A stretch of DNA of 64,000 bases, from positions 128,001 through 192,000 of the forward strand of contig JAZDCY010000014.1 of assembly GCA_036679645.1 (NCBI GenBank). Direction: 5' to 3'. The stretch is from Gemmatimonadota bacterium. GTDB taxonomy: Bacteria; Gemmatimonadota; Gemmatimonadetes; Gemmatimonadales; GWC2-71-9. Below are positions 48,694 through 56,706 of this stretch, in pieces. A program made the position numbers and the translations under genes. The notes under the pieces are model-generated. The model was not told where the DNA came from, did no database searches, and was given only the letters and a program-made list of their open reading frames with translations. Each line of letters begins with the position of its first letter. Position 1 is the stretch's first letter.

Positions 48694-50076
48694 ATGCCGC
48701 GTTTATCAAAAGCCCAGATTGAGGCTGAACTTCAAGAAATCGCGGCGCTTCTCGCCGAAAACCCCGAAGGGATGAGCCGAAGGTTACTGGCGGAGGCCTA
48801 CACCAGGAGATTCGACAAAACCATAGCCAGCCGTACGCTTCAACGCCGCTTGGAAGAACTTGTCATCCGCGGTGACGCTACCTCACACGGAGCTGGCCCA
48901 GCCACCGCATATCGGCCGGCAACCGCAGACACCAAATCCGCGCCGTCTGAAGGATATCCACCCCTCTCCGTAGCAGCCACAAAGGTCCTCGCGCTCATCC
49001 GGCAACCTCTGTCGCGCAGGCCGCCGGTTGGCTATCACCGAGACTGGCTATTCGAATATGCGCCCGGAGCAACGTGGTATCTCCCAAAGAAAACCCGAGC
49101 ACACCTACACGAGACGGGAAAAACTGCCGACGACACCAGGCCGGCCGGTACGTTCGCGCGAGACATTCTCGGACGGCTCTTGATCGATCTCGCGTGGGCG
49201 TCGAGTCGACTAGAAGGAAACACCTACACGCGCTTAGACACGCAAAACCTGCTCGAATTTGGCCAACGCGCCGAGGGCAAGGACGCTCAGGAAACGCAGA
49301 TGATCCTGAACCACAAAGCCGCCATCGAGCACTTGGTGTCGGACGCCGAATACATTGGGTTCAATCGCCCGACAGTGCTGGCACTTCATGCGGCGCTGTC
49401 TGAGAACTTGCTGGCAGACCCCGCCGACGAGGGGCGCCTCCGCGAACGCCCCGTGAGCATCACGAGAACTAGCTACACGCCGATGGCCATCCCCCAGGTT
49501 GTCCGTGAGTGCTTCGATCGTATTCTGGAATCAGTGGCGCTCATTCCCGACCAGTTCGAGCAAGCATTCTTCATGATGGTTCACGTTCCATATTTGCAGC
49601 CCTTTGTGGACGTCAACAAACGGACTTCTCGGTTGGCAGCGAACATATCGCTGGTCAACTCGAATCTTTGCCCATTGTCGTTTGTCGATGTTCCTGAAGA
49701 CGCATATGTAGAGGGAACGCTCGCCGTGTACGAACGGAAACGTATCGAGTTACTACGCGACGTTTTTGTCTTTGCATATGAGCGCTCCTGTGCGCAATAC
49801 CAGGTGGTTCGCGACGCTCTGGGGCAGCCAGATCCAATCCGTCTGCGATATCGGAACGAAATTGCTGCAGCTGTGGGAGAAGCTGTTAGGGCAGGCGACG
49901 CACCCAACACCGGCAGTCTGACGCGTCGTGGTGAGGAGCTCCAAGTGCCGAGGTCCGATTTGGACGCGTTCGCTGAAGCTGCTTTCACGGTACTGCTGAG
50001 CCTTCACGAAGGTTCAGCCGGGCGGTATGGTCTTAGGCCAAGCGAGTTTAGTGAATGGAAGGAGCGTTTTCGCTGA
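48694..50076 (+). CDS. Fic-family protein with N-terminal winged-HTH-like region and non-canonical motif
   Basis: SSRLEGN, MILNHK, YLQPFVDVNKRTSR; N-terminal SRTLQRRLEELV..G...G.GPAT.Y; AGGAG RBS. Confidence 0.9.
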   Translation: MPRLSKAQIEAELQEIAALLAENPEGMSRRLLAEAYTRRFDKTIASRTLQRRLEELVIRGDATSHGAGPATAYRPATADTKSAPSEGYPPLSVAATKVLALIRQPLSRRPPVGYHRDWLFEYAPGATWYLPKKTRAHLHETGKTADDTRPAGTFARDILGRLLIDLAWASSRLEGNTYTRLDTQNLLEFGQRAEGKDAQETQMILNHKAAIEHLVSDAEYIGFNRPTVLALHAALSENLLADPADEGRLRERPVSITRTSYTPMAIPQVVRECFDRILESVALIPDQFEQAFFMMVHVPYLQPFVDVNKRTSRLAANISLVNSNLCPLSFVDVPEDAYVEGTLAVYERKRIELLRDVFVFAYERSCAQYQVVRDALGQPDPIRLRYRNEIAAAVGEAVRAGDAPNTGSLTRRGEELQVPRSDLDAFAEAAFTVLLSLHEGSAGRYGLRPSEFSEWKERFR

Positions 50077-50090
50077 AGACCCACCGCTGG

Positions 50091-51224
50091 CTAGCGCTTC
50101 ACGACAATCTGGATCTCCACGGTTGACCGCCCTATGAGGCGACTTCCCACAACCGTGGGCTCCGGCGCGTCAGCTCCCAGTGTCTCGTCCAGTACGGCGC
50201 GCACGGCATCCCAGTCTCGCACGTCGGCCAAATAGACCCACACACTCTCGACATCCCCGAAATCCACAGAGGCGGCCTCCAGGGTCGATCTGATCCTTGC
50301 CAACGCAACCCGGGCCTGGTCCGCAGCGTCGCTACCCCGCCCGGTCATCCCCGTGAGGTACACGCAATCACCCGTATCGATTCCGGGCGAGAACGGGATG
50401 GCCCGACGGGCTTGTCCCTCGGGCCGTACGACGCTCCTCTCGCTCGAGGACACCGCCACGCACTGAATCTCGGTGGAGAAGACGACGTTCATGAGCGCCG
50501 CACGCACGGTCGCCCTGCCCGGTGGATCCTCTTCAGGCACGAATTCCGCATAAGCCTCATTCATGAGACCGAAGCTTCGAGGGTCATCGAGGAAGACCCG
50601 GCAGGTGACCAGATCCGCGAAGCTCACCCCAGCCTCCTCCAGCACCAATCCGATGTTGCCAAATACCCGACGGGTCTGCGTCGCCACGTCACCCGTTACG
50701 GGTTGGTACGGCTGGGGATTCCTGCTGGTCGCTCCAGAGAGGAATAGCGTGTTGGCCACCTTGATTCCCCAAGAATAAGGCAGCTCCGGAGATCTCAAGC
50801 CTTCCGGTGTCACGATCTCCTTGGGGCCAGCGGCCGCGACGACTGATATCTGGATGAGAGCGTCGGGATCCAACAAGTCGGCTTGAACCGTGGCCCGAGT
50901 GGGAGGATTGGTCTGGAAATACGTACGATAGACTGCGTTCATCGCCTGGAAGTGGCGTGTGTCCCTCAGGAACACGTTGGAGACCACCACATCGGAGTAG
51001 CCGAGGCCGCGCTCCCGAAGCGCCTCACCCAGATTGTCGAGCATGAGAGCGGTCTGCCCTTCGACGCTGGCGACCGCCATCCCTCCCGATGCGGTGCCGA
51101 TCACATTCGAGATATAGACCAACTCCGCGCCTTGCGCCGAGATCCGTAGCGGCGACAGACACGCGAGAAGGAACAGGCACCCAATTACGCTGCGTCGGAA
51201 GCACGGTGCTTGCTTCATACTCAT
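50091..51224 (-). CDS. Secreted triple-domain RidA (YjgF/YER057c/UK114) protein
   Basis: Three RidA-like units (MNAVY..YF..PPTRATV; MNEAY..PPGRATV; VEIQ); signal peptide. Confidence 0.88.
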   Translation of the reverse strand: MSMKQAPCFRRSVIGCLFLLACLSPLRISAQGAELVYISNVIGTASGGMAVASVEGQTALMLDNLGEALRERGLGYSDVVVSNVFLRDTRHFQAMNAVYRTYFQTNPPTRATVQADLLDPDALIQISVVAAAGPKEIVTPEGLRSPELPYSWGIKVANTLFLSGATSRNPQPYQPVTGDVATQTRRVFGNIGLVLEEAGVSFADLVTCRVFLDDPRSFGLMNEAYAEFVPEEDPPGRATVRAALMNVVFSTEIQCVAVSSSERSVVRPEGQARRAIPFSPGIDTGDCVYLTGMTGRGSDAADQARVALARIRSTLEAASVDFGDVESVWVYLADVRDWDAVRAVLDETLGADAPEPTVVGSRLIGRSTVEIQIVVKR

Positions 51225-51230
51225 GCCAAG

Positions 51231-52175
51231 CTAATCAATGACAATCGTTGCCAAATGGGTCGGCGTTATCACCCTGGAATTGGGTGAAATGGCCGCGACC
51301 GCACTGATAAAAGGAACAATGTTTCTGGCAATGGCGGCCTCTTGAGAAAACCCATAAGGCAATCGAAAATTATCCCAATGGGTGGGTAGAATGACGGGTG
51401 GATTGCCGGTGACTTGCAGTAAACGCTCGTCATAATCATAGAGGCCCAATCTGGAGCCATTGACCCCGGCCAAGAGTATGTCCGGGCGAATCCCTTCCAA
51501 TTCCCGCTCAATGAAATTCATTGAGCCCATTGTCAGCACATCGTGATGATCGAACCGGGCCAAGAACATCAACGAGCCACCTTCAATAAACTGGTTTATT
51601 CTGAGTGGCGCTTCAATGTCACTGTTGCGGTCGAATCGCCTGGAATCGAAATAGTGTTTTTCGTTCAAGGCCGAATGAATGGAGGGCACAACCCGAACCG
51701 AGAAGTTTTCAAACTGATAATCTTCGCCGCCGCGGACAGCATACAGCTGATCTTCAGGAACGCCGTAGGCGCGCAATATGGTCATGGTTGTTTCGGTACC
51801 AATCACTTTGGCACCGGTTTTTTCGGCGATATAGGGCACATCTCCCAAATGATCAAAATGCCCATGATGCACCAGGATGAAATCAGCTCGAGTAATAATG
51901 CTATCGACTAAACTAGTATCCGATTGTGCCACGTCATCGCGCGCAAAACTGGGACGATGATCGTCAGGATGGCCGCCGCCGTATTTCAGACGCGAGACAT
52001 ACGGATCGATGAGCACAACGACGTTGCCATCAGATATTTCCCAACCCGCAGCGCCCAGATACTTCAATTGCAGGGGTGTGCTGTGCTCTTCGCTCTGTGC
52101 GCCAGCTCGCGACGTCAGAAGCACCACAGAAAACATGGCGCCAAATCCCAGGACGAATGTCCTAAAACGTTTCAT
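51231..52175 (-). CDS. Secreted MBL-fold metallo-hydrolase
   Basis: LIDPY, HHGHFDHLGD, PTHWD; visibly more AT-rich than neighbours. Confidence 0.9.
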   Translation of the reverse strand: MKRFRTFVLGFGAMFSVVLLTSRAGAQSEEHSTPLQLKYLGAAGWEISDGNVVVLIDPYVSRLKYGGGHPDDHRPSFARDDVAQSDTSLVDSIITRADFILVHHGHFDHLGDVPYIAEKTGAKVIGTETTMTILRAYGVPEDQLYAVRGGEDYQFENFSVRVVPSIHSALNEKHYFDSRRFDRNSDIEAPLRINQFIEGGSLMFLARFDHHDVLTMGSMNFIERELEGIRPDILLAGVNGSRLGLYDYDERLLQVTGNPPVILPTHWDNFRLPYGFSQEAAIARNIVPFISAVAAISPNSRVITPTHLATIVID

Positions 52176-52192
52176 GATATTCCCCTAGTCGA

Positions 52193-52314
52193 AGCCATGC
52201 CGCCTTCGCCGAGGTGGCGCGCGAATATGTGTGTTCCTGCGAGTAAGCGCGAGATGCACGGAGTTGGGGGACGACTGGTCTTTGCTCACCGCAGAGAGCG
52301 CCGAGCACGCAGAG
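52193..52314 (-). promoter_or_regulatory. Kinase 5' cassette with RHLGEGGMA remnant upstream of the MBL gene
   Basis: agccatgccgccttcgccgaggtggcg + gaatatgtgtgttcctgcgagtaagcgcgagatgc + gactggtcttt.ctcaccgcagag, matching 37722-37802. Confidence 0.8.
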
Positions 52315-52382
52315 GTTGCGCTCGAAGACCGCCCGGGCCAACGCTTGGCGTATGCAGGTCAGGAGCGTGACATACGCGTGGT

Positions 52383-52937
52383 TCATATGGGGAGGTTCTC
52401 GAACAGGCTCGCAAGCGGCAGCGCGAGTTCCTCAGCGTCCGGCGCCACCCGCCACCGGAGCATGTCGGTGATGATCTCGGGACGTTTGTCATCCGGGTGC
52501 CAAACCTCTACCAGTGCTGCGTCGGGATCGACGATCCAATAGGTGGCGACGCCCTGGCGCTGGTAGAGCTGGCGCTTGACAAGGCGGTCTCCCCGGGCAG
52601 ATGAGGGCGAGAGGATCTCGGCGGCGAGCAGCAGCGTGCGTACGGTCTTCCAGGTGGCCGACATCTCGCGCGCGGGAATGACGAACAGATCGGGCTGCAC
52701 GAGCTTCTCCCGATCCCAACTGATGTCCGCGGGTGAGAAAAGCACAGCGACGTCGGGGTACTCCTCCAGGTGGTTGGCCAGCTCGCGGTACAATCGACCG
52801 AGCACCACCTGGTGCCGCGTCCCGGGCACGGGTGTCACGAGCAGCTCGCCGTCGACCAACTCGTAGCGGTTCCCGTCGTCGGGGAAGGCGAGCACTTCGT
52901 CCACGGTGTAGCGGCGGGCCGTATCTGGCATACCCAT
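52383..52937 (-). CDS. Uma2-family putative endonuclease
   Basis: PDDGNRYELVDGEL, QPDL, EILSPSS..D..KR.LY..GV..YWIVDP. Confidence 0.9.
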   Translation of the reverse strand: MGMPDTARRYTVDEVLAFPDDGNRYELVDGELLVTPVPGTRHQVVLGRLYRELANHLEEYPDVAVLFSPADISWDREKLVQPDLFVIPAREMSATWKTVRTLLLAAEILSPSSARGDRLVKRQLYQRQGVATYWIVDPDAALVEVWHPDDKRPEIITDMLRWRVAPDAEELALPLASLFENLPI

Positions 52938-53031
52938 AGGATGGCATCTCCTCGGCCGAGGGGGCAAGACATGGCCGATGATCTGAGATCTGCATTCAAC
53001 AATCTCCGATCGTTGTTTTGTCGACGTGTGT

Positions 53032-53796
53032 CTACTCGTCGCTGTGCGCTCCGGGCTCATACACCGCGAAAGCCGCCCCCTGCGGATCCGTTGCTTGGAC
53101 GATGCGACCCCCGGCGGGGACTTCCATTGGGCCGTTCACGACCTTGCCGCCATGTTCCGTGACCGTCTTGGCGAACGCATCCGCGTCCTTGATGTGTGCG
53201 TACGGGAGCCAATGCGGCGGCGCGGGCATGTCGGGCGGCTTGTTGTACATGCCCCCCATGCTCTTGCCGTCCAACCCGTACATGCGGTAGGTGCCGGCGG
53301 GCCCCATGTCCATGGTGTCGGTCTCTTCCCAGCCAAATAACGCCTGGTAGAACGGCCACGCGGCTTTCCAGTCGGTAGTCGCGAGTTCATGCCAACCGAA
53401 TTCGAGTTCGGGTTTCGCGTCTGGAGGGGGGGCGTCGCCGTGCGTGTGAATACCGAACGTCGCTCCCTGCGGATCCGCCAGGACGGCGTACTTGCCTCCG
53501 CCCGGAATGTCGCTGGGCCCGACGTAGGCCTTGGCACCCATGGACTTTGCTTTCGCTGCCGTCGCATCGACATCGTCAACGTTGAGGTACGAGATCCAAT
53601 GGGGTGGTGCGCCCATGGCCTCGGCCGGCAGCTTCATGACGCCCCCGATCGGCACGCCACCTGCGGTCCACATCTGGTAGTCGGCGTCAAAGGGCGCCGT
53701 GCCCAGACCGAGGACCTTGCCGTAGTAGTCGATCGCGGCGTCGACGTCTGTGGTCATGCAGTCGTGCCACGCGAAACTCCCATGTTTCTCTCCCAT
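53032..53796 (-). CDS. Two-domain VOC protein (CFP32-like)
   Basis: WHD/WHE..T.D and DPQGA duplicated. Start trimmed to ATG 53796. Confidence 0.9.
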   Translation of the reverse strand: MGEKHGSFAWHDCMTTDVDAAIDYYGKVLGLGTAPFDADYQMWTAGGVPIGGVMKLPAEAMGAPPHWISYLNVDDVDATAAKAKSMGAKAYVGPSDIPGGGKYAVLADPQGATFGIHTHGDAPPPDAKPELEFGWHELATTDWKAAWPFYQALFGWEETDTMDMGPAGTYRMYGLDGKSMGGMYNKPPDMPAPPHWLPYAHIKDADAFAKTVTEHGGKVVNGPMEVPAGGRIVQATDPQGAAFAVYEPGAHSDE

Positions 53797-53958
53797 ATCC
53801 GTCTCCCTTGGCATTCTCCTTGTGTGGCTAGTCCACGATGGGCGTCGGCCCCCACGTTCGCTTATCGGTGTGGACGAATAAGAAAATGGCGCCCGACGAT
53901 TGCTCCTCGGCCCGACCCAATCGCAGATATGGAATCGCAAAGCCGCCGCTTCCCCTGC

Positions 53959-55122
53959 TCAGTACTCCCGAGCGTCGTGGGCCGCAGTTTCGGCAAGTCC
54001 TTCCGCTAGTTCGGCAATATCCCGTGATTGATTGTACGCGGCAATGGAAACCCTGACGCCCCTGGTTCGGGCGCCACAGACGATCTGGCGGCGTCGCAAC
54101 GCATCGGTAGCGGTTTGTGCATCGACCGCGGGGTGAGTCAGGGATATAATGTGCGGGGACTGTGCGGGGTCTCCTAGCCCACGAAACGGCAGCCAGCCAT
54201 ATTTTCCCACCGCCTCGATCAATGCGCCCGCCAGTTGTCGTGCATGTTCCTCGATAACCGTCTCACCGACCGCAAGTAGGTCGTCGAGCGCAGCGGTCAG
54301 ACCAGCAATCGACACGTAGGACATCGTCGACTGCGTGTACCGGCGGGCACCGTGAGCGAACCGGACGTGGGTCGCGTCGAACCCGAAGGGCTCCGGTGCG
54401 CCCATCCAGCCCGGTAACGGTGGCGCTCGCTCGAGCAGGTCCGGCGCAATCGCGGCCAGGGCCACCCCGCCATGTCCTCCCAACCACTTGTAACCGCTGG
54501 TCACGACGATATCGGCCTGCCACGTTGCAGCATCCACGCGAACGGCACCCGCCGCCTGCGTAGCGTCAACGATCAGACGGCCCCCGACATCGGTCGTCGC
54601 ATGCCGTAGGCGGGGTATGTCGATCTTCGTTCCCGTCCCGTACTGGACGCTGCTGACCGCAACCACGGCGGTTCGCTCGTCGACTTCCTCGATCAACGCG
54701 CTCGTGAGATCGACACCCGCCTCGTCCTCGACGAAGCGGACCTCGACATCATGCGTCGCGGCGTGAAGCAGCCATGGCCGAGTAACTGCTGGGAAGTCCG
54801 ACGCCACGGCCAGGACGCTGCTGCCGGCGCCAGGGTGGAGGAGCATTGGCAACTGCCCAAGCAGTTCGCTTGCACTCGCCAGGATGGCGATCCCGACCGG
54901 GTCCGCGTGTAACAGCTTCGCCGCACGTTCGCGCAACGACTCGGAGTAGGCAGCTTCCTCGGTATCGGACATGCGCACGTTGCCGTGCCTGCCCACGTCG
55001 TCCATGAACGCATGCATGGCCGACACCGCGGACCTCCCAATGAGTCCGAGTGACGCCTGGTTCAGATACACGGTGTCATCGAGCGTGGCGTACCGGGACC
55101 GGTCAACGGCCGATGGGATCAT
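53959..55122 (-). CDS. Aminotransferase class V PLP enzyme
   Basis: YLNQAS, VDATQAAG, SGYKWL. Start trimmed to ATG 55122. Confidence 0.9.
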   Translation of the reverse strand: MIPSAVDRSRYATLDDTVYLNQASLGLIGRSAVSAMHAFMDDVGRHGNVRMSDTEEAAYSESLRERAAKLLHADPVGIAILASASELLGQLPMLLHPGAGSSVLAVASDFPAVTRPWLLHAATHDVEVRFVEDEAGVDLTSALIEEVDERTAVVAVSSVQYGTGTKIDIPRLRHATTDVGGRLIVDATQAAGAVRVDAATWQADIVVTSGYKWLGGHGGVALAAIAPDLLERAPPLPGWMGAPEPFGFDATHVRFAHGARRYTQSTMSYVSIAGLTAALDDLLAVGETVIEEHARQLAGALIEAVGKYGWLPFRGLGDPAQSPHIISLTHPAVDAQTATDALRRRQIVCGARTRGVRVSIAAYNQSRDIAELAEGLAETAAHDAREY

Positions 55123-55213
55123 CGCAGAGACCAAGGGTCCGGAGCACATGTGAGGGGCGGGAGGAGGTGCTCGGCGACAGATAGACCGTCGCCCTGCGAG
55201 AGGATCCTGCCGT

Positions 55214-55765
55214 CTAGCCGTGTCCGTCGCGTCTTTCCCCCCAACGTGCGGTGCCGGCGATGACTGCGGAGGCAACCAACCCGCTTATCCACGCGACCGG
55301 GTGCAGAAAGCTCGCTCGAAAGTGGAACCAGTAGTTGTCGTAGCCGGGCGAGCCCTCCGTGCCCGGCAGCACGAACACTTCCGGGGTCCACGTTACAAAA
55401 ACCAGCCAATCGATGATCACGACGTCCCACAGGTTGACGAACTGAAGCAGCAAGAACGCATGCCCCATGGCTAGTACGAACCTGTTCGCGGGTGGCGCGC
55501 CACGAAGAAAAGCCTTGGTTGAGCGTACCATCAGCCAAACGATCATTCCCAGACCAAGGAGAGCGAGTACCAACCGCTGCACAAACGGGGGTGTTGGCGG
55601 ATTCTCGACCAGCGCCTGAATCTCGGGTGGGTAATCCCCGAACCAGAGCCAGATGTTGATGAACGCCGTCCCCATTACAAAGACACTGAACGCCAGGCAA
55701 AGGAGCAGGCCGTCGACCAAGAGCCGACGGCTGAACAACCGTTTCAGGATCGAGCCTGGCGCCAT
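55214..55765 (-). CDS. Hypothetical membrane protein
   Basis: About four TMs; DYPPEIQ, NLWDVVIIDWL, LPGTEG..GY. Confidence 0.75.
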   Translation of the reverse strand: MAPGSILKRLFSRRLLVDGLLLCLAFSVFVMGTAFINIWLWFGDYPPEIQALVENPPTPPFVQRLVLALLGLGMIVWLMVRSTKAFLRGAPPANRFVLAMGHAFLLLQFVNLWDVVIIDWLVFVTWTPEVFVLPGTEGSPGYDNYWFHFRASFLHPVAWISGLVASAVIAGTARWGERRDGHG

Positions 55766-55793
55766 GGCACCCGCAGTCTGAAGAGCGGGAACC

Positions 55794-56096
55794 TTAGGCG
55801 ACTCTTGCACGCCGCTTCGTGGTGACACTCACCTGCACATCGGCCGCCCCGAGCATCGCGATGAGTGTGTCGACACTGAAGCGTTCGATCTTGCCACGGA
55901 CGAGATCACTCACTCGGGGCTGGGACACGCCAAAGAGCTTGGCCGCCTGGACCTGGGTCAGGCCCCGATCCTCGATGAGCTTGCTGATCGCGATCATCAG
56001 ATCGGCGCGCACGCGGAGGTTTGCCGCCTCCTCGGGCCCGAACCCGAGATCGCGAAAGACGTTGTTGCTTGCGCGTCGACTCTTTTTTTTCGCCAT
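55794..56096 (-). CDS. XRE/HTH_37 antitoxin (HigA-like)
   Basis: NVFRDLG, LTQVQAAKLFGVSQPRVSDL.RGK; AGGAGG RBS. Confidence 0.9.
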   Translation of the reverse strand: MAKKKSRRASNNVFRDLGFGPEEAANLRVRADLMIAISKLIEDRGLTQVQAAKLFGVSQPRVSDLVRGKIERFSVDTLIAMLGAADVQVSVTTKRRARVA

Positions 56097-56105
56097 CCTG
56101 TCCTC

Positions 56106-56440
56106 CTACAGGTGCTTTCGGAGCGTCTGGACATCAGCCAGCCGCCTGTTGCCGAGCTCGATGTCTGCCTTCCGGGTGCGCCGCGTTCGCTTCTCGAACG
56201 CATGCAGGACATACACCGCCTCCGCGAACTTCGCGATGTAGAACACCCGATGCGCGGTGCCGCCGTGGAGTCGGATCTCGTAGACGCCGGACCCGACCGC
56301 ACTCATGGGCTTCCAGTCGTCAGGCATGAGTCCACTCTGGACGCGCCGCAGCTGTACCCGGCTTGGCTCCGCGCGTTGGCGGGGAAAGCCCGCAGATCAT
56401 CGAGCGCCGACCCAACCCAGTGGAGCGGTTTGTCGGGCAT
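56106..56440 (-). pseudogene. RelE/ParE (Gp49/HigB-like) toxin, frameshifted
   Basis: MPDKPLHWVGSALDDLRAFP..AGY / QL.RVQSGLMPDDWKPM..GVYEIR..LHAFEK; 1-nt loss near 56354 (TAC CAG->TAC AG). Confidence 0.88.
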
Positions 56441-56445
56441 GGAGG

Positions 56446-56467
56446 AATATATAAGTAAATATATATT
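56446..56467. promoter_or_regulatory. AT-rich palindrome, putative TA operator
   Basis: AATATATA-N6-TATATATT just upstream of the toxin ATG. Confidence 0.6.
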
Positions 56468-56706
56468 TGGTCAAGGGTCTTGGCGAACACAGCCCCCCAA
56501 ATCCTCGCGGCACTCACCGCAGTCAAGAATCATCGCCAAGAAAATGCCGGCGATACGTTTCGTACCGCCGGCCCATGCACCGCCAGGGAATCGACGCGCT
56601 GCGAGCCGAGATCGCGACAGCGATTCGTCGGTCATCGTCCCTCGCCAATTCTTCCAACGCTGCCTGCGCCTCGGTCACCATGTGCGCATACTCGGCATCG
56701 ATCACG

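Noticed and set aside
56523..56705. 60-aa ORF downstream of the kinase as a real gene
   Set aside because: Its counterpart at 29631-29671 is degraded; treated as shared flank or remnant.
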